Below are positions 29,780 through 39,254 of a DNA stretch of 64,000 bases, piece after piece. The stretch spans positions 1,894 through 65,893 of the forward strand of contig NZ_CALMGQ010000136.1 in assembly GCF_937863595.1 (NCBI RefSeq), written 5' to 3'. The stretch is from an uncultured Cytophaga sp. Its GTDB lineage: Bacteria > Bacteroidota > Bacteroidia > Cytophagales > Cytophagaceae. Under the pieces are notes generated by a model, which was not told where the DNA came from, ran no database searches, and was given only the letters and a program-made list of their open reading frames with translations. The translations under genes were made by a program, and so were the position numbers. Every line of letters begins with the position of its first letter. Positions within the stretch are counted from its first letter, which is position 1.

Positions 29780-30568
29780 ATGAAAAGCAGATTCTTAATC
29801 CTATTTCTTTTTCTGATCTCCTTAGCAGTAGGTGCTCAACAAAGTGATTTTCCTGCAAAACCCAGTCCGCCAAGATTGGTAAATGATTTCGCAGGAATGT
29901 TGACGCCAACCGAAGTAAGTGAATTAGAGCAAAAAGTAAATAGATTTAATGATTCTACTTCGATAGAAATTTCTATTGTCATTATAGGAAACTTGGGCGA
30001 TTACGATATTGCAGATTATGCATTTCAATTAGGTGATTTATGGGGTATTGGTAAGAAGTCGAAAGACAATGGTGTCTTGTTGTTAATTGCAAAAGAAAAC
30101 AGAAAAGCATTTATAGCAACTGGCTACGGTATGGGTGGCGTATTGCCAGATATGCGTTGCAAACGTATCATCGAATCGGAGTTGATTCCTCAATTTAAAC
30201 GTGGGAATTATTACAATGGTATTAATTTTTCTGTAGATGCAATCATTCGTTACTCAGCAAACGAATATGTAGCAGACCCTGTACAACAAAAAGGCTTAAA
30301 GCCTGGTTATGTATTTCTATTCATACTTGTTGCTATCATTATTATCGGATTTATAAATCGCAAAGACTCAGGGAATAATTCAAACGGAAACTCTGGCAAT
30401 GGCAGCGGAGGCTTTTTAGGCGGACTTCTTGGCGGAGCTGCTATGGGCAGCAGCTATAGAAATAGTGGAGGGTTTGGTGGATTCGGAGGCGGAAGTAGCG
30501 GCGGAGGAGGCTTTGGTGGCTTTGGCGGTGGTGGTTTCGGTGGTGGCGGATCTGGCGGTAGTTGGTAA
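29780..30568 (+). CDS. TPM-domain protein, YgcG-like (signal peptide, TPM domain, TM helix, Gly-rich tail)
   Basis: 262 aa. VNDFAGMLTP...NGVLLLIAKENRKAFIATGYG is a TPM core. A TM helix (YVFLFILVAIIIIGFI) follows, and the tail reads GGFGGFGGGSSGGGGFGGFGGGGFGGGGSGGSW. Confidence 0.8.
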   Translation: MKSRFLILFLFLISLAVGAQQSDFPAKPSPPRLVNDFAGMLTPTEVSELEQKVNRFNDSTSIEISIVIIGNLGDYDIADYAFQLGDLWGIGKKSKDNGVLLLIAKENRKAFIATGYGMGGVLPDMRCKRIIESELIPQFKRGNYYNGINFSVDAIIRYSANEYVADPVQQKGLKPGYVFLFILVAIIIIGFINRKDSGNNSNGNSGNGSGGFLGGLLGGAAMGSSYRNSGGFGGFGGGSSGGGGFGGFGGGGFGGGGSGGSW

Positions 30569-30599
30569 TAACCTGTTATTGTTCATTTTTTACTTAGCA

Positions 30600-30990
30600 T
30601 TTGTTTTATTCTAATTAAACGTAGATGGACTGTTATTAAGCGCAGTATTCATTATACGCCTACGAATATAAAGAATGATACAATATTGGCTTTGGAGATA
30701 CGAATAGTAACACTAGTGTGATTGACGAAATTCTTATTTCCAACAATGGGGCTGGTTAAAAAGTAGTAGCGACTATTGTTGCTACATTATTTGCATTTAT
30801 TGATACGTACAGATAGTTAATGGCTTACGAAACTCGCAGTGCAAAATCACAACCTGACTATATAGACTGAAAATCACTAAATTTCTTGATGAAATTAAAG
30901 AAGACTTTGAAATTTTTGGAGAACGTAAAATTGTATTCAAACAACAACGGAAAAGAATTATCAAACGATATTTCTTTTACTAATAACTAG
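30600..30990 (+). pseudogene. Decayed copy of the 145-aa TPM gene (remnant of a tandem duplication)
   Basis: The frame ending at TAG 30988-30990 reads ...LKKTLKFLENVKLYSNNNGKELSNDISFTNN*. The C-terminus of 29342..29779 reads IKKAGSKLSEHFPYSNNDVNELPNDISFKKN*. Upstream similarity appears only in a shifted frame (FLDEIKE vs FWDSIKE), and a stop lies at 30868. The left boundary is approximate. Confidence 0.6.
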
Positions 30991-31761
30991 ATGAAAAGCA
31001 GATTCCTATTCTTATTTATTTTACTATTTTCTTTTAAAGTAAGTGCGCAATCAAATGATTTCCCTCCAAAACCCAGTCCCGCGCGATTTGTAAACGACTT
31101 TGCAGGGCTGTTAAGTGCGACCGAAGCAAATGAATTGGAGCAAAAAGTAAAAAGATTTAACGATTCTACTTCCATAGAAATTGCCATTGTCATAATCAGC
31201 AATCTGGGTGATTATGACATTTCAGATTATGCATTCCAGTTAGGCGAATTATGGGGTATTGGTAAGAAATCAAAAAACAACGGTGTCTTATTATTAATCG
31301 CAAAAGAAAATAGAAAAGCATTTATAGCTACTGGTTATGGTATGGGTGGCGTTTTGCCAGATATGCGTTGCAAGCTCATCATCGAATCGGAGTTGGTTCC
31401 TCAATTTAAGCGTAGTAATTATTTCAATGGCATTAATTTTACGATTGACGCCATTATTCGGTATTCCGAAAATGAATATGCTGCAGATCCAAAGGGCAAT
31501 AAAAGTTCGCCGGTACCGAATTTGTTTATCATGATTTTCGTTCTCATTATTATAGTTAGTTTTTTCAACTATATAAATAGAGACAAGAAGGGAAATAATA
31601 AAAGTAGATCAAAAGGTGGTCGGTTTGGACCAATTATAGGTGGAGGTCTTGGTGGTTATAGTAGCGATAGCAGCGATAGTGACAGTTCTGGTGACAGTTC
31701 TGGCGGCGGTGGCTTTGGCGGCGGTGGCTTCGGTGGTGGTGGTTCTGGCGGTAGCTGGTAA
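30991..31761 (+). CDS. TPM-domain protein, YgcG-like (tandem paralog of 29780..30568)
   Basis: 256 aa. By eye it is roughly 85% identical to the first copy over the signal peptide and TPM domain. The TM and tail regions diverge (adds SDSSDSDSSGDSS) but end in the same GGSGGSW. Confidence 0.8.
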   Translation: MKSRFLFLFILLFSFKVSAQSNDFPPKPSPARFVNDFAGLLSATEANELEQKVKRFNDSTSIEIAIVIISNLGDYDISDYAFQLGELWGIGKKSKNNGVLLLIAKENRKAFIATGYGMGGVLPDMRCKLIIESELVPQFKRSNYFNGINFTIDAIIRYSENEYAADPKGNKSSPVPNLFIMIFVLIIIVSFFNYINRDKKGNNKSRSKGGRFGPIIGGGLGGYSSDSSDSDSSGDSSGGGGFGGGGFGGGGSGGSW

Positions 31762-31779
31762 TTATTTAAGTATTAACAA

Positions 31780-32013
31780 ATGACTACAGAAGAAGCAAAA
31801 GTAATCTTTCAAAAATCTTTGACTCATTTTCAAAAACATAATTATAGAACGAATTTATATCAAGTTGAAGCGGAACTAATTTCTGTTTGTTGTCTTACGA
31901 TTATACAAGACAAGGCCATTCCACAAGCGAATGAATATGCCCTTGCATTCACGAATGCATGTAAGGAAATTTGTGATATCTATACACAACAACATGCAAA
32001 CAAAGCCATTTGA
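31780..32013 (+). CDS. Hypothetical small protein (in-frame TGA; frame stays open to 32118)
   Basis: 77-aa ORF. The same frame continues for 34 more codons after the TGA and ends at a TAA inside a hairpin. Confidence 0.4.
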   Translation: MTTEEAKVIFQKSLTHFQKHNYRTNLYQVEAELISVCCLTIIQDKAIPQANEYALAFTNACKEICDIYTQQHANKAI

Positions 32014-32103
32014 AGCATTGAGAAGAATATTTTATGGGATGGTTTGTGGGATCAATTGAAAGAATATTTTTATGATAACCATGGATTAAAAATTGGTGAA
32101 GCT

Positions 32104-32137
32104 CCATTTAAATATTAATACCAATAAATTTAAATGG
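32104..32137 (+). terminator. Hairpin (candidate terminator)
   Basis: CCATTTAAAT (32104-32113) pairs with ATTTAAATGG (32128-32137). There is no strong T-run. Confidence 0.4.
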
Positions 32138-32235
32138 CACAGCCATAATCTTCTAACAAAAATTCGTGACGCAATATCCCAGCACTAGTTTTCAGTCTTA
32201 ATGGGGATTTCATTGATGATTCATTTATATACTCT

Positions 32236-33573
32236 TTGAATCAAATCGAATCATTCTTTTGTTTTATATTTGTTGAACAACATAGATATACTAGATTATT
32301 TTCGCCTAAGTTCATTTTTATACTCATACACTCAACTATGCAAAAAACCCCTACGATTAAAAGACTTATACATTTTTCAATACTGATTTTATTGTCGAAT
32401 GCGTGTTTTTTGTACTCGCCCAAACCAACAATAGATACTGAATTTTGGGGAGAATATGTTCCACTTAACCCTTACGCAGGTTTTATTCTAAATTACGATT
32501 CAAACGAGTATATAGAAAGTGCAATGAGTCCTTCTGTTTTATTGCGTGAAAATTATGTGAGACAAAGCCGTCCTTTATATTCTGTTGTAGCGTCATGTGT
32601 CGGCTATACGGTACATTATATAAGCAGTCCATTTAAAAACCTATTCGAATTAACACTCAAAAAAAGTATGTATGTTGGATATGTATTTCTAAATTTTACT
32701 ATCCTATTACTCTCATTGTACTTTTTCGATAAGATTGTACGAATACTTACGGATGGCAATATTTCGTATACAACTACACTAATGCTATCTGTTTTTATTG
32801 CATCTAACTTTATGACCAAAGCATTTTTTTGGACGGCACATCAACAAATGTTTGCCTTCCTAATTCCCTTGTTCTGTATATATATATCCATCAAATGGCT
32901 TAAGGTTATGTCAACGAAAAATATATACCTGTACTTTTTTATGTTAGGTTTAGGTATGCTGATGTACGGAAGCTTTTTAATTTTATTTGTAAGCGCGCTC
33001 TTATATCTGTGCTACATCTTATATGATGACAAGAAATTAATGAGCAATCATACATTCGGCTTTCTTTTTATTAGCTGTATACTTTTCTTGCTACCTACGC
33101 TATTATGGATTTTATTTTTAAAATATAAAGGTATTGAATACTACAATCATGAGATTGTTCGATACAGGCAACTAGTATGGATCATAGATTCGTTATCTGT
33201 TTCTCCAACAAATTTCGCTACTGCTCTGTGTTTGAATTTAGTGGAGTTTATTTCTACGCTTACTATGATGTACATATTTATGGCATTCGTAGGTGTTACT
33301 ATAATCTTCAGAAAAATCAAAGCGCAGCCTGCTTTTATATTTGATAGAAATACGAAATTGATTTTGCTACAGCTAGGTTGCTTTACGGTTTTCTTTATGC
33401 TGCTGGGTTATTATGCGGAACGACTCACCTTCACAATAATGCCAATATTGCTTTGCTTAAGTATTGCTCAAGCAGGTAGCCTATTGAATGCTAAAAAAGC
33501 ACAAATCGCAATCTTTATTACGGTGTGTGTGTGGCATACTTATAACGTTTTTTCTTATGGGCCATTTTCGTGA
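32236..33573 (+). CDS. Polytopic integral membrane protein of unknown function
   Basis: 445-aa ORF from a TTG. A more plausible start is ATG 32338 (MQKTPTIKRL...). It has at least 10 hydrophobic helices, and I recognised no family. Confidence 0.6.
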   Translation: MNQIESFFCFIFVEQHRYTRLFSPKFIFILIHSTMQKTPTIKRLIHFSILILLSNACFLYSPKPTIDTEFWGEYVPLNPYAGFILNYDSNEYIESAMSPSVLLRENYVRQSRPLYSVVASCVGYTVHYISSPFKNLFELTLKKSMYVGYVFLNFTILLLSLYFFDKIVRILTDGNISYTTTLMLSVFIASNFMTKAFFWTAHQQMFAFLIPLFCIYISIKWLKVMSTKNIYLYFFMLGLGMLMYGSFLILFVSALLYLCYILYDDKKLMSNHTFGFLFISCILFLLPTLLWILFLKYKGIEYYNHEIVRYRQLVWIIDSLSVSPTNFATALCLNLVEFISTLTMMYIFMAFVGVTIIFRKIKAQPAFIFDRNTKLILLQLGCFTVFFMLLGYYAERLTFTIMPILLCLSIAQAGSLLNAKKAQIAIFITVCVWHTYNVFSYGPFS

Positions 33574-33688
33574 AGATACGCTGAATTCCATCTATGGCAT
33601 GTTACATAAGCTAGGACGTTATATTTTAACACCCATATATCGGTTTATTCGTAATTATCTTTAAATTACTATTCTAAAAGCTATAGCC

Positions 33689-35122
33689 ATGCGATTTTCT
33701 ATACCTGTTTCACTTTTGATTTTTACACTTGCTTTTTCTGCCACTGCACAGAATTTTCAGCCGTTTAAAAATAAGTATAAATACCAGTATACATATACTG
33801 GATACATAATGAACCAAATTAATACTGAGTTAATACATGGGATCGAAGTAGATAGTGCGGTTTTAATTGGTTCTGACTCTATTTTTTATTTTAATCAACT
33901 ACAAGTAGAATATGCCCCTAGAAGCAATTTCTTTGGGGATTCATTGATCAAGAAAATAAATGGCGAATATCTTTTTCTCGGTTCAAATTATACTCAAACT
34001 GACACAGTAATTTTAAAAACACAAGAAATACTTGGTGCGCTGTGGACGTTCAAGCTCAACAATATTTTATATACTGTTCATTATAATAGCTACGAAGAAG
34101 AGCTTGTGCTAACAAATCAAATGGATTATGTGAAAACATTCTTAGTTGAAAATACTTCAGGCTTTAAGGATTCAATCAAAATTTCTGAAAAATTTGGCCT
34201 TGTATATTCATTTCCATTTTTCGATAATCTTTTTTTTGGCTCTAGCCATTTTAACCTAACGTATATTTTAAATACGAAGACTGGCATAAACAAACTTAAT
34301 TTCTTTGATTATTTCAACTATGATATTGGAGACATTTTAATTTATCAACCGAACCTTACATATCCGAATCGGCCGCCTGTAGGTAATGATATATTTAAAG
34401 TTCTCACAAAAATAATTTCTTTAAACGGCGATACCGTTACTTATTTATTTAGCTTATGTCATATTGATGCTTTCGACGGAAGCATTTATTCTACCAATCA
34501 AACCCATTGTAAATTAATAGTTACAGAATGTTCAGTGAATGGGGACTTTCCTTACACGTACCCACTTACTTTTCCCCCAAACAAATATGGAGAGTATCTT
34601 ACATTTGCTCCTAATATGAATAATAACCGGAGTTTGCTAATAGCGCCTCCTATGGTATTTGAGGCTCCAGTTTCATCATATTCATTTCAGATAGGCAGTG
34701 GATTGTCTTCTTATTCATTTTCTGGCAATTCGGGCTTTAATGATGGTATGCCTCTTCCATCTAAAGGTTATGCAAACATACGATACATTAAACAATCAAT
34801 TTTAGATGATGATTGTAATGGCTTAGAATTAATTCTTGATACAAAAAACCTACAAACGTCTAGTGGGAAACTACTCGTTTCTCCGAATCCATTTGAAAAT
34901 TCTATCTTACTTAATGCATCAAATTTAACTGTTGGAAATTGGAATCTTCGAATTGTATCTACTCTTGGCGTTGAAGTGCATACTTCCTCAATTGTAATTT
35001 CTTCTTCTAATCAACAGATAGACCTTTCTAATTTACCCGCACTTACGGCAGGCATTTATTTTCTAACTCTTGAAAATGAAGGTCAGGTGTATATTCAGAA
35101 GATTGTTAAAAATAATTATTAA
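33689..35122 (+). CDS. Secreted protein with T9SS type-A (Por) C-terminal sorting domain
   Basis: 477 aa with a signal peptide (LIFTLAFSATAQ). The C-terminal ~80 aa (LLVSPNPFENSILL...LTAGIYFLTLENEGQVYIQKIVKN) match the Por secretion tail pattern. Confidence 0.75.
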   Translation: MRFSIPVSLLIFTLAFSATAQNFQPFKNKYKYQYTYTGYIMNQINTELIHGIEVDSAVLIGSDSIFYFNQLQVEYAPRSNFFGDSLIKKINGEYLFLGSNYTQTDTVILKTQEILGALWTFKLNNILYTVHYNSYEEELVLTNQMDYVKTFLVENTSGFKDSIKISEKFGLVYSFPFFDNLFFGSSHFNLTYILNTKTGINKLNFFDYFNYDIGDILIYQPNLTYPNRPPVGNDIFKVLTKIISLNGDTVTYLFSLCHIDAFDGSIYSTNQTHCKLIVTECSVNGDFPYTYPLTFPPNKYGEYLTFAPNMNNNRSLLIAPPMVFEAPVSSYSFQIGSGLSSYSFSGNSGFNDGMPLPSKGYANIRYIKQSILDDDCNGLELILDTKNLQTSSGKLLVSPNPFENSILLNASNLTVGNWNLRIVSTLGVEVHTSSIVISSSNQQIDLSNLPALTAGIYFLTLENEGQVYIQKIVKNNY

Positions 35123-35138
35123 TAATCGTAAAATACAA

Positions 35139-35169
35139 ACGTCGCCGAGGTTTTAAACCTCGGCGACGT
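35139..35169. terminator. Bidirectional GC-rich hairpin terminator
   Basis: ACGTCGCCGAGG (35139-35150) pairs with CCTCGGCGACGT (35158-35169). It lies between convergent genes. Confidence 0.8.
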
Positions 35170-35189
35170 TAAATAATGATTCTTTATTC

Positions 35190-38054
35190 CTACTTCAACT
35201 TCTCATTTAAATACCGCGCTGTATGTCCCTTCGTACATTTGAGCATTTGTTCTGGCGTGCCTTCAAAGATCACTTCTCCGCCGCCGTTGCCTCCTTCTGG
35301 ACCTATGTCAATAATCCAATCGGCGCATTTAATCATTTCCATATTGTGCTCAATTACAATCACAGAATTTCCTTTATTAATCAAGGCCTGAATGGAATCC
35401 AATAATTTACGGATGTCATGAAAGTGCAAGCCTGTTGTTGGTTCATCAAACAAAAACAAAATATGGTCGTTTTTGTCTTCGGGTGATTTCCCTAAAAACG
35501 AAGCAAGTTTCACACGTTGTGCTTCTCCACCCGATAAGGAACTCGAAGATTGCCCCAGTTTCACATATCCCAAACCTACGTCAGATAAGGGTTGTAGCTT
35601 TTCAATTAATTTATTTTTGTCTTTAAAGAAGTCTAAACTTTCTTCAATCGTCATATCCAATACATCCGAAATACTTTTTTCGTTGTATTTGACTTCTAGT
35701 ATTTCTTGTTTGAAACGTTTGCCATTACAGGCTTCGCAGATTAAATGTACGTCTGCCATGAATTGCATTTCAACCGTTACAATACCTTCACCTTGACACA
35801 ATTCACATCTGCCACCATCTACATTGAATGAAAAATGGCCAGGCTTATATCCGCGGGATTTTGCTAAGCCTTGTTCTGCATATAAGGTTCGAATGATGTC
35901 GTAAGCTTTCACATACGTCACCGGATTGGAACGTGACGATTTGCCAATTGGATTTTGATCTACAAATTCAATTTGCGTTACCTCACGTATGTCTCCATCG
36001 ATGCGGTCAAACTTACCCGTGAACTCCCCGGAAAAACCAAATATCTTTTGAAGCGAAGGGAATAATATTTTCTTAACTAACGTAGACTTCCCTGAACCAC
36101 TTACGCCTGTAACAACAGTGAAGGTGTGTAGCGGGAATTTTACATCGATGTTTTTAAGATTGTTTTCGCGGGCGCCTTTTATCTCTATAAACGTATTCCA
36201 CTTTCTGCGGTGCTTAGGTACTTCAATTGATGTGCGGCCTGTTAAATAATCGGTTGTGTACGATCCGCTGTGCGTTAACATATCATCAATTACACCTTGA
36301 AACATCAGCTCACCACCATGAATACCTGCATCTGGACCAATATCAATAATTTGATCCGCAGCACGCATCACTTCTTCTTCGTGCTCCACAACAATAACCG
36401 TGTTGCCCATGTCGCGCAACATCTTAAGCACTTCTACTAGCTTTCCTGTATCGCGCGGATGCAAACCAATACTTGGCTCATCCAATACATACATAGAACC
36501 TACCAGAGCACTACCTAAAGAAGTTGCTAACTTAATACGTTGAAACTCTCCACCCGAAAGCGATGCTGTTAAACGATTCAAGGTTAAATACCCCAAGCCT
36601 ACTTTTTCTAAATAGGATAGTCTATTGATAATTTCTTTTAATAAACGCTCTGCAATCTTTGCTTCGTTCTTATGAAGTTTTACTGTGTTGAAAAACTTCA
36701 CGGCATGATCAACAGACATCAATACAATATCTGTGATTGATTTCTCTGCCACTTTAACATAAGATGCATCTTTACGTAAACGCGTGCCTCTGCAGTCCGG
36801 ACAAACGGTTCTGCCTCTAAAGCGGGAAAGCATTACGCGATATTGTATTTTATATGTTTGCGTTTCTAAATACGCAAAAAATGCCGTTAAGCCTTCAAAG
36901 TACTTATTGCCATCCCAAAGCAATTGCTTCTCTTCTGGACTTAAATCTTGTACAGCTCTATGAATGGGAAAGTCGAATTTAATTCCGTTTTTAATAAGTG
37001 GTTTCTGCCACTCATTCATTTTTTCTCCACGCCAAGCAGCAATCGCGCCTTCGTAAACAGACAAGGATTTATCTGGAATAACCAAATCTTCGTCGATGCC
37101 CATTACATGTCCAAAACCTTCGCAGGTTCTGCAGGCGCCATATGGATTGTTAAAACTGAAAAAATTTGCCGTTGGTTCTTCGAAAATAATTCCGTCTGCT
37201 TCAAAACGATCGCAGAAGTCTTCTGTTACTTTATCGGGTATAACAATTCTGCAATCTCCTTCGCCTTCTGCAAAGGCTGTTTGTACAGAGTCTGCCACAC
37301 GGAACACCGCATCTTCTTCAACTTTGTTGACGGTATTTCGGTCAATTAAAATCCACGCTTCTGCTTTTGCAGGAATGGCTTTTGTTCCTTTTTCAAGCAG
37401 TTCTTCCATCAACACAACTTCCCCATTCAAATACAAACGGGTAAATCCTTTCTGCAACAGTACTTGTAACTCTTCGTGGGGTTTGCGATCGTGTTTTAAT
37501 TTAAACGGAGCAAGTACCATGAACCGTGTTCCTTCCTCGTATTTAAAAATCCAATCAATAACATCTGTAACGGTATTCTTTTTTACTTCTACTCCACTAA
37601 GAGGCGAAATGGTATGCCCAACCCGCGCAAATAATAATTTTAGGTAATCATAAATCTCTGTTGTTGTACCAACCGTGGAACGTGGGTTGCGTGAATTTGC
37701 TTTTTGTTCAATGGCAATTGCGGGAGACACGCCTTTGATGTAATCTACTTCTGGCTTCTCCATACGACCCAAAAACTGACGCGCGTAAGAGCTTAAACTC
37801 TCTACGTACATACGTTGCCCTTCGGCAAACAAGGTGTCAAAAGCCAAAGAAGATTTTCCAGAACCCGACAAACCTGTAATGACGATTAATTTATTTCTTG
37901 GAATGGCAACATCTATGTTCTTGAGATTATGAACCCGCGCACCTTTAATGATGATAAAATTTCGTGGACTCAACGATTCTAAATCCACACTATATGTTTT
38001 TTTTTTCACAGCTACTTCTTTCATACATTCAATCTTGGTCATTCGGCAATACAC
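35190..38054 (-). CDS. uvrA: Excinuclease ABC subunit UvrA
   Basis: 954 aa with two ABC ATPase modules ([25 protein letters not shown]), zinc-finger cysteines and [12 protein letters not shown]. The true start is probably an internal Met (38042 or 38024). Confidence 0.95.
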   Translation of the reverse strand: MYCRMTKIECMKEVAVKKKTYSVDLESLSPRNFIIIKGARVHNLKNIDVAIPRNKLIVITGLSGSGKSSLAFDTLFAEGQRMYVESLSSYARQFLGRMEKPEVDYIKGVSPAIAIEQKANSRNPRSTVGTTTEIYDYLKLLFARVGHTISPLSGVEVKKNTVTDVIDWIFKYEEGTRFMVLAPFKLKHDRKPHEELQVLLQKGFTRLYLNGEVVLMEELLEKGTKAIPAKAEAWILIDRNTVNKVEEDAVFRVADSVQTAFAEGEGDCRIVIPDKVTEDFCDRFEADGIIFEEPTANFFSFNNPYGACRTCEGFGHVMGIDEDLVIPDKSLSVYEGAIAAWRGEKMNEWQKPLIKNGIKFDFPIHRAVQDLSPEEKQLLWDGNKYFEGLTAFFAYLETQTYKIQYRVMLSRFRGRTVCPDCRGTRLRKDASYVKVAEKSITDIVLMSVDHAVKFFNTVKLHKNEAKIAERLLKEIINRLSYLEKVGLGYLTLNRLTASLSGGEFQRIKLATSLGSALVGSMYVLDEPSIGLHPRDTGKLVEVLKMLRDMGNTVIVVEHEEEVMRAADQIIDIGPDAGIHGGELMFQGVIDDMLTHSGSYTTDYLTGRTSIEVPKHRRKWNTFIEIKGARENNLKNIDVKFPLHTFTVVTGVSGSGKSTLVKKILFPSLQKIFGFSGEFTGKFDRIDGDIREVTQIEFVDQNPIGKSSRSNPVTYVKAYDIIRTLYAEQGLAKSRGYKPGHFSFNVDGGRCELCQGEGIVTVEMQFMADVHLICEACNGKRFKQEILEVKYNEKSISDVLDMTIEESLDFFKDKNKLIEKLQPLSDVGLGYVKLGQSSSSLSGGEAQRVKLASFLGKSPEDKNDHILFLFDEPTTGLHFHDIRKLLDSIQALINKGNSVIVIEHNMEMIKCADWIIDIGPEGGNGGGEVIFEGTPEQMLKCTKGHTARYLNEKLK

Positions 38055-38118
38055 CTCTTTTATAAGGAATACATACTGTTTAAAGTTCCACTTTTTTATT
38101 CAATAATCACAATTAAAA

Positions 38119-38153
38119 AGTACTTAGTACGCAGTATAAAGTATGGAGTACTA
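38119..38153. repeat. Heptad array, GTAC family (reverse orientation): AGTACTT AGTACGC AGTATAA AGTATGG AGTACTA
   Basis: AGTA falls at 38119, 38126, 38133, 38140 and 38147, an exact 7-nt phase. Confidence 0.85.
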
Positions 38154-38409
38154 AAACAAAAATTTATCTTCTCTGGCGCCAGTCTTATCTATCCTAAACG
38201 CAGCTAATTGTTAAACACTGCTATTTCAACAATACAGTAAGTATGAACAGAAAGCGGACTTGTGTCAATCATTTCGCAGTCTTTGACTACATGGCTAAAT
38301 ACATTTTTTAAACAGAGCTAATGAATTAAGGCTTGTAATTTTTTTGAATAATATCGATACTATTTATCCCTCAATCATGTACCCAAGTTAATGACAATGA
38401 GCCATCTTT

Positions 38410-38437
38410 GTACTCCGTACTCTATACTCTGTACTTT
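38410..38437. repeat. Heptad array, GTAC family (forward): GTACTCC GTACTCT ATACTCT GTACTTT
   Basis: Units start at 38410, 38417, 38424 and 38431. The array is preceded by CCATCTTT and ends just before the stop codon (38441-38443) of the DUF606 gene. Confidence 0.85.
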
Positions 38438-38440
38438 CTC

Positions 38441-38881
38441 CTACTTCTTATAAAACAGCCACAAGGAAAAAAACATCAAGCCCATGGCAGAAATTTTCTT
38501 CCAACCAATTTTAATAGGTATCCCTGTAAATATGCCGAAATGATCGATTACGGCACTTGTGGTCAGTTGGGTTATGATTAACAACATCAATACATTACCA
38601 ATGCCGATTTTAGGAACCATTATAATGATTGCCAAAACATAAAAGGCCCCTAAAATACCACCCGAAAGTTGCCATAACGGAACATCTTTCACCAACGTAA
38701 TATTCCCTTTTCCAAAAAAGAGCATTGCAATTCCAATCGTTACCAAGCCAACAAAAAAAGACGTGAAAGATGCTTCCATTGTGCCAATCTGCTTTCCTAA
38801 TGCCCCATTTACGCCTGCTTGAAAAGCAACGGCAATGCCTGCTAAGGCAAGTGTTATAAAGTATGTTGTGTTCATTTTCAT
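38441..38881 (-). CDS. DMT-superfamily small transporter (DUF606 / YdcZ-like)
   Basis: 146 aa with 5 TM helices and an N-terminus ...AVAFQAGVNGALGKQIG typical of DUF606. Confidence 0.7.
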   Translation of the reverse strand: MKMNTTYFITLALAGIAVAFQAGVNGALGKQIGTMEASFTSFFVGLVTIGIAMLFFGKGNITLVKDVPLWQLSGGILGAFYVLAIIIMVPKIGIGNVLMLLIITQLTTSAVIDHFGIFTGIPIKIGWKKISAMGLMFFSLWLFYKK

Positions 38882-38895
38882 GTGTTTTTGAAGAA

Positions 38896-38923
38896 AGTAT
38901 AGAGTACAGAGTACGGAGTACTA
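38896..38923. repeat. Heptad array, GTAC family (reverse): AGTATAG AGTACAG AGTACGG AGTACTA
   Basis: AGTA falls at 38896, 38903, 38910 and 38917. Segment 38892-38921 is the inverted complement of 38410-38439 at 28 of 30 positions. Confidence 0.85.
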
Positions 38924-39076
38924 AGACTTAAAAACAATGTTTTTGATGAATTTGTTTATTATGTGTGGTCTATGCTCTTTAATCCAAGTAATTTAAAATA
39001 ACAATTCTATTTGTATGTCATGTTATTATCGTTTTCTCGCCATTGAACCACCCTAGACTGCTAATCATCCATCTTT

Positions 39077-39104
39077 GTACTATGTACTTTGTACTTTGTA
39101 CGTT
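39077..39104. repeat. Heptad array, GTAC family (forward): GTACTAT GTACTTT GTACTTT GTACGTT
   Basis: GTAC falls at 39077, 39084, 39091 and 39098. It is preceded by the same CCATCTTT flank as the 38410 array. Confidence 0.85.
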
Positions 39105-39254
39105 TTTTTCCAGTTACTTTTCCCTACCCCTACGTATATATCCTTGTAAATATCATTATTTACTCCTAATTTAGGATTATTATAGCCTTTACGTATAAAC
39201 CACAAAATACTACCCTATGAGTTAGACCTCTACGTTAACTAAACATGTACGGAT

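Noticed and set aside
30429-30614. 61-aa ORF overlapping the Gly-rich tail of the YgcG-like gene
   Set aside because: It is an alternative-frame reading of GGN-rich repeat DNA and has no independent support.
38243-38311. 22-codon ORF (MNRKRTCVNHFAVFDYMAKYIF*) and a GC-rich palindrome CTGGCGCCAG (38173-38182) in the spacer between GTAC arrays
   Set aside because: There is no supporting signal for translation. The palindrome is isolated. Both are noted only as things to look at if the spacer proves to be transcribed.
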